Shown in pieces: positions 48,062 to 61,772 of a stretch of 64,000 nucleotides of DNA. Position 1 is the first letter of the stretch, and every line of letters begins with the position of its first letter. Under the pieces are notes generated by a model. The model was not told the DNA's origin. It did not search any database and worked only from the letters and a program-made list of their open reading frames with translations. The position numbers and the translations under genes are program-made. The stretch is from the NCBI GenBank assembly GCA_964199315.1, contig OZ116700.1, positions 13,702,001 through 13,766,000 on the forward strand, read 5' to 3'. Origin of the DNA: Orbicella franksi. Taxonomy: Eukaryota.

Positions 48062-49798
48062 TTAAAAGATGCCCTGAGTGTGGTGCAGGCATAAGGAAAA
48101 GGCATGAATCTACCAAGGGTTCTCTGTTGCTTGTTACACTTAAGTGCATAAATGGCCACACCTACTTCTGGAACAGCCAGCCAATGATCAAAGGGATGGC
48201 TGCTGCAAACCTGTTAATGTCCTCGTCAGTTCTTCTAAGCGGGGCCACCTACACCAAGAAATTAGCTGAAATATCAAGATTATGCTTTTTTACAACATTT
48301 TATCACATTCAAAATTGTTGACTTCCAAATTGTTCCGTCAGTGAAGTGACCAGCAGTAATGCTATGAAGAGAGAAGGATCTAAAAGGTGCAAGGAAAACA
48401 TCCAGGGTAAAGGGGCTAAACTGAAGGTTGTGGCAACTGATCGCCATGTAAGCATTAAGTCAGATATGAAATGAACCTACCCTGATGTGGATCACCAATT
48501 TGATGTGTGGGATTTAGCAAAAAGTGTCGCTCAAAAACTAACTGAAAAGGCAAAGAAGAAGGACTGTGGTGACCTCTTTCCATGGATCAAGTCAGTCTCC
48601 AACCATCTCTGGTGGTGTGCCAACACATGCAATGGGACAAGGAACTCTTACAAGAGAAGTGGATATCAATTGTCCACCACACTGCCAACACCCATCACTG
48701 GGACAGTGTAAATCACTATCATGAATGTCTCCACCCACTCGAACACAGCTAGCAGCCCTTGACCACAATGCCAACAACAGCAGAGACCATGCCACTGCTT
48801 CAACGAAACAAAACGAAGAGAGCTTCATTTCAACGTGGTCTCCCCCAAAAGAAGTTAGGAGTGTACTGCTAAACCAATTATGGAGAAGACGACAAGGGAC
48901 CATGTACGCCCATCGCTGGATGCAATTGTCAAAGGGAAGTGTCAAGATGCTGCTGAAAGAAGTGCCACTCTCACGGCACCACATATTCCACGCAACATTG
49001 CTTGCACCCCTCGACCAGATAAAGCAAACGTTATTGCAAGGCACACGTAGATTTTCTGATACTTGAATGAATTTGATGCAATGGTTATTTAAGGGCTTCG
49101 GGCAATGTGTTCACTCTCTCTTTGGTATTTTTTTTGTACATGTACACCAAAAAATCTTACCTTTTAGGTGGTTTGCTCTGTAAAAAGTTATTTTCATTTA
49201 ATTAACTTTCAAATCAATCCATTGCCAAGTTTAAGTTAATGAACGCAATGATGTTGGTGTGCAGAACAATATAATAACAAGCCATCATTATTACTGCTAT
49301 TATTATTATTTTTTGAATAGAAATGGTTTGTTTGGATCGAGACCACGTGGTATACACTTCTCAGAGCGATGTACTCTGGCGTTCATAAGCTTCCATATAA
49401 TTTAACACAGGAAAAAATGTCCAAACCGATGCAAAGGTCTTTTATAAAAGTGTTGCTTGCAAACTGCTTAGTAACTACATAAAGCAATAGCAAAAAATTA
49501 AAGGAGAACTGAAGGTAAAAACTGTTATTTTTTGTCACACTTTTTTTTAGAGAGCCTAACATAGGTAAAGTTGAGATTAGATAGTTATTCCTGTCCGTTT
49601 CTTGGTTTTCCCGAGAAAATTAGGTTTGAAACTGCATTTTTCCCACTTTTCAGGCCTTTTCATTGCAGGCCCGTAATGCATGTCAGCGGTAGGCTGTGAC
49701 GTGTGATATGGGGAACACTGATTTCGTAAACAAGAAGAAAACAAGAAATATGAACTGAAAGCCGTCATTCTGTCACGGATTTCCACTACTATTTCCAA

Positions 49799-50327
49799 CA
49801 TGAGGGGCCATTTCAGCCATTTCAGTTTGAGCCAACCTGTCCTCCTAGTGAAGAATCAGTTGACTCGGTGAAAGGAGACGAAGGGGACGGCAAATTGGCC
49901 AATTTTGATGTTGAAGCTGGAAACACCAAATGGTGCATTTGTGGAGGCAATTGTGTTCCAATGCCGATGGCCAATGAATGTTTTTACTGTCAAGAGTTGG
50001 AGGCACTCAATCAAAAGTTCGACGAGTCGGGGGTTGAATGTATAACCAACCATGCAAAGTTTAGAATTGTGCCTGGATACAGACGTGCTAAATACTGCCC
50101 TTGTTGCAATTCACAACGCACGCTGTAATCCCTTGCCGGAACCCACCAAGAACAGGTTAGTTGTTTTGAAAATTGAGCCGCAAAAATTATTTGTTCATTG
50201 TATAATTGGCATATTTTTATTCTCTTCTAGATGGTGTTTAGTGGCCTACCTAACAATTAGAAATGAATTTCCAGAAGAGAGTGGTGAATATGCCGGATTC
50301 AAACCGGCGGAAATTGATTTAAATTAG
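49799..50327 (+). pseudogene. KolX / P2X7-ballast-like Cys-rich accessory gene relic
   Basis: QPFQFEP...WCICGGNC..M...EC..CQE...CITNH..F..VCLD.DVL, an intron, then IRNEFPEESGEYAGFK. Preceded by a Kolobok-like end TTAA|AGGAGAACTGAAGG at 49498. Confidence 0.7.
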
Positions 50328-50899
50328 ACTTTCAAGACAATCAATCATGGATTTTAGCATGCTTTATTGATATTGATTTCTACAAATTTATGAATTGCAA
50401 AAACAGTACTCACCTTTGGCTAATACTCTTCTACTGATCTCTAAAATTAACCAGTTTTACTTTCCAGTAGTGTACTGGTTCTTGTAATTGGTTTTTTGAT
50501 TTTCAACAAGTTGTTCAATCCACCTTAGAAATATTTATAAGTAATAGTCATGATCAAGTCCATTATGCATGGTTTGTTTGGAATAAATTTTGATTTGAAA
50601 TTTGAAAGAAATGTACTGCTTGCTGTTGTTTTCGATGTATAGATTGGATGTCATGCATTTAAGAAAAAAATTGTTGCTTTACATTTTTTAACTTGTGTGA
50701 CATTTTCTTTGAAAAAATAAATGTTAATCATCCATGATCACAAGTATTTCGATCATTTGATATATGACCTTGCATCTTGCCTATTTGAAATAAGCATGTT
50801 ATTCAGTGTTTTCTTAAAGAAAACATAATACAACAATAACATCACAACATATGACAGCCACTGACCAAACACTGGCTCTTGTCTTTTTCATTCACTCAC

Positions 50900-51315
50900 A
50901 CAAGATTGATGCAAATGCAGACACTGCTTCCGAAGAAATCCAAAGCCATCCAAAGTCTGAAGTAGGTTTTACCTGTCCATCCCCCAAGGTACTGCCCCCT
51001 GGAGGTTCCAAGGGCATTTTGGGGGTGGCAGGGAACAATACCAAACCCCCAACAGGGCTTCTTTAACCCAACAACAAACTATCAGACCACAAAAGCCCAT
51101 CATTCAGGGGCAGAAGCAAAGCTTGTCCTCTCCAGTTTCAAGGACCATACCACCCAAAACCACACTTGAGGTCCTGCCGCCCAAGCCACCTCCCCATAGG
51201 TATGTTCAGAAATCTTTAAAATTCTCCTATCAATGTGCCACAAGAAGGCTGGTCAAAACACCTTTCTGCCAGCATGGGAACAGATCACAAAGGACGCCTG
51301 AGTCCTTTAAGTACC
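50900..51315 (+). pseudogene. DIRS-type gag end / RT N-terminus relic
   Basis: AGQNTFLPAWEQITKDA*VL at ~51248-51310 matches the AGRLxxFxxxWxxITxDxWVL RT leader. Confidence 0.5.
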
Positions 51316-51317
51316 GC

Positions 51318-52358
51318 ACTTCACCTTCCCAAGCTATGGACATTGACTATTCAAGTTTTATTTCTTCTGTTGTGAACTTTGTACCAATATTGATTTTCTT
51401 CTGTTTGTTTCTGTATTTGTTATCTGTTCTGTCCTTTTACCTTTTTTGTGTTTATATTTTACTCTTGCTGGCTAGAGTTCAGGGGGGACAAACAAGCTGC
51501 ACGCTGTGAGGACATACCATTATGAGAGATCCTTGGACCATTCCCCCATGTTCCTGAGAAATTATATTTTTATCCTCAAAGTTTTCATATTTCATTTCAT
51601 TCTGCCGTAAATTTGGATACCTTTTAAATTTCTTTGCTCTTCGCACTGCTCACAAATATAATGCGTATATGGTATAACAACATTCCATCCTGAGCTGCTT
51701 GCAATAAGCATGCAGTTTCATTTTTCATCGCTCCAGGTTACTCGCCTGGCCACAACTTTTAAACTGCTCCACATTTCCACAGAATCCAGCCATTTGTAAA
51801 GAGTCAACTTCATCCACTGCATCACATCCGTCTTCAACAATCTCACCAACTGCAGCATCAACTTGATATTTTCATTCAAGCCCTTTATGTTATCGTCCAC
51901 GCTGCCACTGACCACAACGAAAGAACTACCACCATACTGCACTTTACCTTCCCAAGCTATACACATTGACTATTTAAGTTTTATTTTTTTGTTCTGAACT
52001 TTGTACCAAAACTGATGTATTTATGTTTGTTTTTGTATTTGTTATCTGTTCTGTCCATTTACCTTTTTTGTGTTAATATTTTACTCTTGCTGGCTAGGGT
52101 TCAGGGGGAACAAACAAGGCACACACTGTGAGGACATACCATTGCACAAGATCCTCAGACCATTGCCCCCTGTTCCTGAGCAATGACATTTTTATACTCA
52201 AAGTTTTGATATTTCATTTCACTGCTGTAAATTTGGCTACTTTTTAAATTTCTTTCCTCTTTGCTCTGCTTACAAATATAAGGAGCATATGGTATAACTA
52301 TGTTCTGTCCTGAGCTAATTGCAATAAGCATGCAGCCTCATTTTTCATCACTTCAAGC
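51318..52358. repeat. Pair of ~420-bp diverged direct repeats (51318-51738 and 51940-52358)
   Basis: Alignable by eye from ccttcccaagctat to gcaataagcatgcag; period ~623 bp. Confidence 0.85.
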
Positions 52359-52759
52359 TACACCGACACTTGCCCATGACAACATGAAACAAAAAAACAA
52401 ACTAGTGCTACAAGCTGACTTCCAAGTATGTTTTCACTGATGGTTTATCTTGCTCCTGAAATGATGTGAAGTCAAGAGAAAATCTCTCCTGCTTAAACCA
52501 AAAACATAAACCCATCCACAGGACTTAATCGCATTGCATCGCAATACTGTTTCCCTTGACAATTACTGACTAGCCCCCAGTAGGTCTGCTTATATTTTCC
52601 CAAGTAGACTACTATTGGGGAAAAAATGTCATCACTGACAATTTTGCAATTGGATCCAATTTAAGCCAAGTGCACTTTTACTATAGCAGATAGAAAAATC
52701 CCTTCAGCCACCCAACAATTCCATTGTCTTAAAAAATTCAAACCAGAACAATAGCCAAG

Positions 52760-53400
52760 GTTTCATATGGGTACAAACTGCCACAAGACAGTTCTATTGG
52801 CCCCAGCGCTGATGAGTTCATGAGAAACAAATTTCTCTTTGGCCTTAATGAATCCTTCAGCCACTTCCAAGAAGATATATTTTACAGAGATGGTCAAAGG
52901 AAACCTGAAGACCCACCATTTACCCTGGCTTTTATAGTGAACCAAGCCATATCATTTGCAGCAGCACAAATCAAAGTTGAGGACACCTCTTCAAGCTAGC
53001 TTACAAATTCTTTTGATGTTTTTAATATTTTGTTGTTTAATAGTTAATTGCTTTAATATTTTACAAATTTAAACTATTTTGTGAAGCACTTTAGAATATT
53101 TTTATAGTTTTAGCACTGTAGAAATACAGTTATTGTTATTACCAACACACAAACAAGCTTCTAGCCAGTTCCACCACAGAAGAACAGGTCCTCTACACAA
53201 CAGCCACGGACACCTATAAAATGTTCCAAAAATCTCCTGGCAGATCCAGATCTGGAAACTACCCCCAACGCACCCTGCTTCTTCTGTGGCATTAAACAGC
53301 TACACCCCTATGACGTATGCCCTGCTTCAGGACAATCCTGCAGCTACTGTCACAAAACTGGTCACTTTGTAAATGTTCGTCAACAAGCTGCCAAAGACTG
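52760..53400 (+). pseudogene. Gypsy (Mag-like) gag relic
   Basis: FMRNKFLFGLN...PFTLAFIVNQAISF and double knuckle CFFCG...H...CPA....CSYCHKTGHF. Confidence 0.6.
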
Positions 53401-55048
53401 AATAACCCTCAAGCCCTAATTTCTAAAAGCCTACTTCACCAGGCCCCAGACAGGAACACATCAGAACAGTGGAGGAAGAAACAAACTCATACAAGTACAC
53501 CCTTCCAGAGGAAGGCATATAGTACGAGAACTGCATCACCCTCTGAGACCAGCAACCTTCCACAACTAACAACCTTGCACCAGTCAAGAATTCTGAAAAA
53601 GGCCATTTTGTTTTCCTCGTTTTGAAGGACTTTAACAATAGCACACAAGTTTAGTTCCCTTTCTGATGGACTCAACAGCTTCATACAACACTTTGCCATC
53701 CAGCAGGCTCTCCAACATGCCATGGCAAAGGTTCTGCCATCCAAAACTATAATACTACCCCACGCCAATCCACATGAAATCATGAATACATGTAGACAAA
53801 TGGAAATACCGTGCATAAATAAAATTATTAAATCATATTGTACCAATGTAACCCCTTGGTCTACTCCCCCTCCAAGCCAGTAAAGCCAACTAGTAGTACT
53901 CAGTACAGAGGCCAGCAAGACAATTGGTGCATTTAACTCTAAACAATGACTTCATATGGGAGAGTTCCACACACAACAACCCTCCCTCATTCCCCCGCCC
54001 CTGACAACTGGCCCTAAATGTAATCAAGATGTCAGCAGCCGGGACACCGTAAACACCTCCAGCCTCCTAAAGCAAGTCTGACCCAAACCAGGATCTTCAA
54101 CTCTTGAGTTCATTTCAAACAACTGATCCTTGCTTTTTAAGGGGTTTGGCTTCCTCTGCCTGCCAGTAGATTTTGGCCGATGAAGAAGCAGAAGCAGCAA
54201 GTCTTCAAGAAGTTGATGCTTCTGCCGGAGCTTTCAAGCTTCCAACTGACCAAACAACTCAGACTCAAGATTCCTCTGTATTCATCATCACTTTCAAAAG
54301 CTAAAATAAAGCAATGCTTAGCACTTTGTGCTTAGCATTCCTCATCACCAATGCAGTTTATCTGAATCAGTTATCACAGAACCAATTTCAATGATAGTTT
54401 AATTTGTCCACTGAACTGTGTCGATGCCACAGGCAGCACAATGATGACATGCATTACTGAAACCATAGTATCCAAGGCATTTTTTTGGAAAACACTTTTG
54501 TAGTGATTTATTTCCAAAATTGTTTAAAACTAGTAAAGACATGAACGAAAAGAGCACCTCCATCATCGGTATTGACGCCCAATTGGGGCCCTGGAAAGCC
54601 GGCAGAACAACGTTCTTGCCATGATGGACGATAACTGAAGCAAATTAATGATCTTGAAGATTTCACAGTGAACTCTGTGGCACTCGCGAGCTCTGCAACA
54701 GCTCCTGTCTGTAACAAGACCATGTTTGCCCTGTCTTACCAGGTTTCCAGTGTTTTGTTTCACAGTGGAGTGTCTCAACAAGATAAGATTTGTCTAAGCC
54801 ATCTGGGAATTTGCATGTCCAGACAGGGTGTTGAATCTTCAGAAAAATTTGGACAAAAACTTTGAATTGAAAATGCTGTGTTACAAATAGGCATTGGAAG
54901 AGAAACCATCAGAAACCCTGGCTATATTGAAGGGAAAATATTTCTGCGGCAACTACACAGTTTGAAAAAAAAAGGTTTTTTCTGATTCCTATGGGTAGCA
55001 CAATGAGAACATCGTTTTCTCAAATAGAGAAGATACCACATTGGAAGA

Positions 55049-55766
55049 GGAAGGATTTCAGTCTTGAGTGAGTGTTGTACTTAATCCAGTAAATCTCACT
55101 ATTTTGCTAGCGCACACATCCTATATACAACCATCCAAAATCGATGTGCATCTCTGGAAACTTCATCTCTGCAGTTCGCCATTTTGTTTTTCCTAAGCTC
55201 ACGCAATCAAGTCACGATGATGTCATGCATCAATTATGTCTCACCCAATCAGTATTTGGTGCACCGATTCAAAATTCAAAGTGATGTGTGCAGGCTCTTC
55301 TCCCTTACTCTGCACACACCCCCCCCCCCCCCTAACTGTGAAGCACGAAAAACGCCTGATCCTGTATACTTTAAAGTACAACTGCACACAGCACCCTATG
55401 GTCACCAATAACATAAAGAGTATGTTAGAGAGGGGAAGACATCTTCCAGCAGGGCATTTCAGTTAAATTGATCCAATACTCCTAAATAGGGGACTGGTTT
55501 TAAGTGGTGACATCATTGGTCATCGCTTAATGCTGCCTGGCAATGTCCGAGGATGTTAAGATTTATCCCTTTGGACCAAAGAGCACTGGGAACGAGGAAC
55601 ATGAATTTTGCGATCTGCCATCTTTGATTTGCAAGGATTGAATACTCAGCATTGGTGGCTGTTACATACAGAGGAAGTATTTGAGTCTTGAGTGAGTGTT
55701 GTACTTAATCCAATGAATCTCACTAGTTTGCTAGCAAACACATCCTATATACTAAATACAAAATCC
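55049..55766. repeat. Pair of ~95-bp direct repeats (55049-55142 and 55671-55766)
   Basis: gtcttgagtgagtgttgtacttaatcca at 55061 and 55685. Confidence 0.75.
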
Positions 55767-58119
55767 TTGTGCAAACCAACATATTAAGCTCAAGCAATCG
55801 ATAGGTGTTGAAAAGTAGAGAGAAGGCCAGTGTCGCAGCTGTCAAGACCTTACCAGATTGGAAGGAAACCAATGGCAGTTTCTTGACAAGATTAAAAAGG
55901 TGAGCTGTCTAAAATTTAAGACATCAATTTATACCATGGTATTTCAATTTCTTTTATCATGGATGATATTCATTTTCCAAGACAAAATATAACGAAATAA
56001 GATAGAAGTTGCGTTCTACACTGGTGGTTTACGGTTTTACATGGTTGACAGATATCTTCCAACATTGAGTTTAACGAATAATCTACTCATAGTAAATGAC
56101 CAACAGTATATTTAAAAATCGCTTCTTGCATGACTTGGGAATGATGTGGAAAGAAATCCTAGCCCTTTAATTAACAATCAAGGGGGTTTTTTGCATTCAT
56201 AAGAGGCCATAAGATATTCAAGCTGGAAATGGACAAGTCATACTGTTTCAAGTTTCATAAACAATACAGAGTAAAGGGTTCAATAACTTGAAAAAGTCTA
56301 AGTGAAGTGTAAGGTATTGGGGCTAACAATGTATCAGGTAATCAGAATGGTAGATACAACAGTCTTGTTGTCTGCAATTTACAGATGGTATGTTTAGCAA
56401 TGGGGTTATCATTTTTGTGATAATAATGTTATAGTTACTATAAAAGAGGTATTATTAAATTATAGTTATTTTAATTGATACCCTAATTTTTCTCTTTGTA
56501 GGACACTGAAAAGGTTACACCTTGCTCCATATATTCAGTATCACTGACCTTGTCAGTGTAATCAAGTAAAATTTGGCTATATACAAACAAGACATGGTTT
56601 CACAAGACAGTGTATAATGAGCACAGTAGTAGGAATCATTACACATTATTTTGTATCATTTGAGTAACATTAGCCCACACCAACCATGTACTGACTAAAC
56701 AACACAATCCTCAATTGATGTCCTGCCCTTTACCAAGACACTGAGCTACGTACATAAGATCAAAATTATAACAAGTGTTATCTCATTGATTATATTTTGC
56801 ATTGGAATCCATATGGTCAGTATAAACAAGTAAGAGCTGATATTCAAACAAGATGCAATCAAAATATATAACATGGAAGAAGGCTAGAAAGCCAAACACT
56901 ACATAGAGTATGTAGAGACCCAGAAAGAGATAGTTATGGAGGTAGCCCATCATACATTTTATCAGATTTTGTTTAAGTTCCGCATGATTTAAATGTACAC
57001 ATTGCAGACCAAAAACTATTTGGTCAATATTAAATTACTACAATTGCAAGCTACTTACTGAATGATCAAAAAAATATTTTATCTAGCCAACTCTTAGGTT
57101 GGTTTATTTTTAACTTGAAAAGCGATTGAAGGAAAATCGCTTTGTTGATCTAATAACAACAGCTTAATCATTACCTGTAGCAATCTAATCTAGCAGGAGT
57201 TCCTATAGAACATTGCACAGCATCAATGAAAATTCATTCATATAATTTCTAATCTTTTACCATTTTGTTATTACAACACTTGTCAGTGGTTCAGTAGAAG
57301 AGGAGCACACACAGCCTGAACAGACCCATATTTAGGTGGCCCTTCTTCCCAGGCAGAGTTGTTCTCTACAAGGGGTTTTGTCAATCGGCGCCATGCAAGA
57401 TACTAAACATTACCATTGCCGAATTCCAAGCAGTTGCCAAGGAGCTTCAGCCACAATACAGAGATGTCATTATCACACGCCTTTGAAGGCACACCAGTTT
57501 CACACTGTATTTGTGAAACACAAGCCGAACACCACAGATGATTTCAACAATGAACATTGCAACTTAGGACAGTACCAAGACTACTCCATGTCATATACCT
57601 TGCCTTCTTCACCCAACTGTAACCAACAACGTTAAACACAATGGACATGATTCCGCCGGTTTTATCAATTCGTGAGCATGGTCAATTTAGCCACAACAAA
57701 ACCTTAAGTTACATATTATCAGGTTTTTGTATCTTGCCAATAGGTTGTAGGTGTAACACAACAATGTATTGATAGTATCTTTTTCAGCAAATATTTCACT
57801 CAACAACCAACAGCAATTATTCAATATTCTGTGATTGCTTTATTGAGGTGTAGTCTTTAATTAATTAAACTACAATTCCTTAAAGTTCATAAGAAGCAAA
57901 ATTAGTTTTTTAATATTTTGAAAGTTCAACATTTTAAAGACACTATTCCAAAGTTTGAACTGTGTTGGAAAAAAATAGGCGATTTTATAAGCCTGAAAGT
58001 TGTGCCATTTTGCTCTCAAAAATGGTCTTTGAATTGCATGGCCAAAATGTCAGGTCATGTGGCCTGATGACATAGTGTTGTGGACAAGACTACGAGATTG
58101 CAATATGGCGTTGAGTAGG

Positions 58120-58470
58120 AAAGTAAGCAGAAGAAGGAGATAATGCATCGCTGGTGTCCCTAATAATCAAAGTTGTACAAATTCAAGCAACACTCCACAT
58201 ATACGAGTGCATCAGTTTCCTGCCGATCCAGTTGTGAGGGTCAAATGGGTGAAATTAGTCCAAAAACATTGCCACGATTTTCATGAGCCACAGTCAAAGT
58301 ATTCATCACTCTGTTCTGCACATTATAAAGAAAGTTGTTAATTGCGAAACTTATCAGTTCTCAGCGGCATGGAGGAAGGAACCCAAGTCCAAGCTATATT
58401 AATGCAGGGAGCAGTTCCAACTCAAGTTACCATTGTTCCTGTAGTACCAGAACGCATTAAAAGACAAGTA
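58120..58470 (+). pseudogene. THAP domain relic (transposon-derived)
   Basis: SCTNS...HQFPAD...KWVKLV...SLCSAH and GAVPT. Confidence 0.6.
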
Positions 58471-59559
58471 AGATAAGCTTACATGTTGCTTTTTTGGTTA
58501 TTATTTGCATCAACATCCAATCACACCAAGTGTAAAGACCACATCATCTCTCAATCTCTTGTGTGTAGTTTTGCTCTGCTGTGATGAGAAGAATATTCTT
58601 TTTGCTTAAGGCCTGAAACTACATGTACTTAATACATAGTTAAGTGTAGTTGGTTTTGGTTGAAGTTTCATTCTTGACCTAATCTGCAACACTCTTTGAT
58701 TGCCAAATGTATATGAAGCTTACGTGTACGTGAGGAAATCAGGGGCGGATCAAGGATTTTCCTTAGGAGGGGTGCACCAAGCATTGGTGAATGTGAACCT
58801 CTGATTAAAAAGCTGTAAAGAATGGATCCCCCAATCAAGAGAAACTAACAAAAGGAAATCTATTTCAAAGGAAGCACCTATAACTGCTGCAGCTGTTGTA
58901 CAAGTGAGATGGTGAGCCTGAAGATGCATCTGACAGTCAAGAAATTAACTCTGTCCCTGAAGAACTGCACCTCCTATCAGAAGCTGAAGGTGCGAATGAA
59001 ACAGAAATTGAATCTGTGATTGAGGCTCTGAAGCTTCCTCAGGAAAATGACTCAGACTTTGACTCTGACTCTGAAGGTTTTGACAGCAAGGAGGAGTCAG
59101 ATTAAGAACTTCTTTAGAAGTCAGCCATTTGAGTAAGCTTTGTTTTCAAGTAATTGACTTATAGCTTGCATTTTGGAAACACTTAAAATGATTTTTGTTT
59201 TACATTTCTATCTCAGACAAACAAGTGTTAAAAGGACTTATTTAATTTTCATCCTACAGTACTCTGTAAAGGAAGATAACACGGCGGCTAATATAAATCA
59301 TTGCTTCTTTGCCTAGTTTTCATTAAATTAATGCCACCTAACAAAATCAATAACACTGTCCCATTGATAAAACAGTTTATAACTCTAAATGCTGAAAATG
59401 GCTTTTCCTAACTTCTACAATGTAGATTTCAAAATTTTCTGGGGGAAGGGAATGCCCCCAGACCTCCAAGATAAGGGGCCTTGCAACGCTAACTTGTCAC
59501 AGCCAGCTACTCTTCCAGCTGTAGACACTTACTTCAAAACATTTTGAAACCCCTGCTGA

Positions 59560-59830
59560 CAGGATTGCAAGAGGACTTTCTCCAAAAGGTGGTGGAGAAG
59601 TGGGAAGACCTCAGTGAAAATTCAAAGAAATCCCTTGAGGAAATAGGGAACTTCTTGCTGCAAACTTCACTTACTTGTAATTCTTGGTGAAGAAGCAAAC
59701 AAAGCCTTGAAATTGTTTGAATATGCCAAAAAAGAAGGCAGAAATCCTTTGGCATTTCTTTCTTCAAATGAATCTGGCTCCTGTAGGGTAACAAGAACAG
59801 TGTGTGAAGCTTTTCATCTCTGTGGTAGTC
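59560..59830 (+). pseudogene. Fragment of a DNA transposon transposase, superfamily uncertain
   Basis: Broken reading KWEDL...IGNF.CKLHLLV...ESGSCRVTRTVCEAF resembles an invertebrate transposase family (from memory). Confidence 0.35.
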
Positions 59831-60341
59831 AGAATGCTGAAATTTAACACAGTCTATGAAGGAATATTCAAGCTACATATTTTTACTGAATCAAAGTAGG
59901 AATATTTTAAAAAGGAACTCATTTACAATGGAACATATGGCATTCTATTTTGGTTTCATGCACATCGATTTAAGTCGTGTCAAGCAACATGATTTTGTTT
60001 AGACAGAGTCAATCAGTTGACAGAGTTTGATAAAACAGTTGGCAATTACTGGGTGTTTTTGAACTAGAAGTGAAATAAATTTGGCTGAACTATCGTTAAT
60101 CCAGAATTTCCTTTCTGTACAACTTGGCAAGAAAACTTGAAATTGACATTTGGTGCATCAAAAGATTGCACAATCCCACACAATTCCCTGCACAACTGAA
60201 GTTTTTTTCCTGCACAATTTGCCTTCAAAATTTGGAACAATTTTTTTTCCCACACCCTATTAGAAGGGCAACTTGGAGGTAACACATTTAATTTTGAAAT
60301 TCAGGTGAGAGGGGAAATTAAATTGATTACCGTATTTATTA

Positions 60342-60529
60342 CTGTATTTTCTCAATGAAACGCCAGTTTATTCGAGCCTGGAGTTAATCAGAGTTTTATT
60401 CATTATCTTATTATTATACTTAAAGCTTACTATAACTCAAATATAAATTCCTTGAGGGTCCTTATTTACGAATCTACGTGGGAGACCGGGCATTTATTCG
60501 AGGCCCGGCGTTTTATTGAGAAAATACGG
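60342..60529. mobile_element. Tc1/pogo-type MITE
   Basis: TIR ctgtattttctcaatgaaacgcc / ggcgttttattgagaaaatacgg. Confidence 0.7.
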
Positions 60530-61513
60530 TCTATCCATTATCGGTTTTCATCGATTGGGCACACCGGGATAAAAAGCAGAAAACACAAGGTCACTTGTTC
60601 TTAGCAAATCGAGCAGTTTTCACACCTCCAGTCCCAAGGAACGACGCTCGTTTCCCTCCAAAGTCATTCCTTGTTAGACCTAGACAGGAGAAGAAGAGAG
60701 GGGTTGTTCTCAAAAACAGCTTTCACAATTACAATGAAGTTTCCAATATTTCGGAACGCAAAATCAACATGATGAAAGAGACCTTAATTGTGAAATCAGC
60801 TGGGCGACGCCTACATGAACACTCGTGTGGTGCTAGCAACTCGTCTATTTTCAACAAAGAAAACTAAGCAGAGAACTTGAATAAACTCGATCAATTCAAG
60901 CCAACCATTGAAATTTCAAATTTAGCAACAATTCGTCTAACGGGATGAAATTGGCAATAGAAACTCCGTGCCCAGCCTGCGAGCCCAAACAAAGGTGACC
61001 TTGCTCACCAGCCCCACAGAACGAGATCAAGTTTGACGCTAAAACTCCCTTCTCTGCTAATAGAAGATCATTCTCTACATCAGAAAGTATAATAAGTACC
61101 TATCATCTGTCATGAAAATACTAAATTCTTAAGTTAAGATTACTAAAACGTACCAAATAATCGACAGAACCAGGACGATCGAACTCACCTGATCGATTTC
61201 ACATCCAGCTGTTACAAACTGACGCATTCTCCACAATGCATTGCGACGCCTTCACCAAAGTGAGGCACGTCTCTAGGGAGGGGTAAGTTCATCAAATTTT
61301 TCTAACAGGTAGAGTTCAGCATTTATTTTCAAAGCAAAATTTATAGAACAAAGATAATTCTTTACAATGAACATTCGGATTCTAAGCTGTGTGCCTCATT
61401 GACTTAAATTAAAACAGAAATACGCATCATTTGACAATTTTACTCTGCCCTACCCTACCCAGTCTGTTATTTTGTCCTCTTTTGTCCAGTGTTTTTCCCG
61501 CGCAAGTTTGAAG

Positions 61514-61639
61514 ATGGCTTTGAGGGATAATGGCGGTCAGACGACAAAAAGAGCTACAAAAGTCCCCAGAACGGTCGTTATAATACACTCAGACGAGCTT
61601 GTAAGATTGTGCGATAATCTGCCCAAAGTTCCTAAACGG
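61514..61639 (+). CDS. HDAC8: Histone deacetylase 8, exon 1
   Basis: MALRD...VIIHSDELVRLCDNLPKVPKR, phase-0 donor GTAAGC; matches vertebrate HDAC8 [20 protein letters not shown]. Confidence 0.9.
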
Positions 61640-61772
61640 GTAAGCGGACTTTTTTCCATTTCGCTAGCGTTGTTTGTTTATTTTGCGCCGAGATCCGTTT
61701 CCGTTAACACTCTGCTACATTGATTCACCGGCCTGTCTGATTCCCTATAACCATGGATGTCTTTTTTTGTAG

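Larger units (their letters stand above)
45290..49065 (+). pseudogene. Second Kolobok-type transposase relic, split by piggyBac
   Basis: Removing piggyBac restores VFKLELVKLFKRCPECGA in frame. Further motifs CINGH..W.SQP..GMAAANLL, VSEVTSSNAM, ATDRH, HQFDVW and NHLWWC. The first catalytic-Asp segment appears deleted. Confidence 0.7.

Noticed and set aside
50802-50817. Right terminus of the KolX-bearing Kolobok
   Set aside because: Only about 10/16 identity to the inverted left end; too weak to call.
52810-52832. Hammerhead ribozyme core CTGATGAG...GAAA
   Set aside because: The stem II closing pair is absent and it lies within a gag relic. Similar CTGATGA hits at 5709-5917 and 58065 also fail to fold.
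53420-54870. Minus-strand ORFs as a real gene
   Set aside because: No recognisable domain, and the frames are inconsistent. May be decayed coding DNA but cannot be assigned.
51318-55766. Similar spacing (~623 and 624 bp) of two unrelated direct-repeat pairs
   Set aside because: The two pairs share no sequence similarity; treated as coincidence.
57330-57640. Additional KolX or Kolobok fragment on the minus strand
   Set aside because: Only scattered motif-like words (VCLQ, NHLWC) in different frames; not enough to call.
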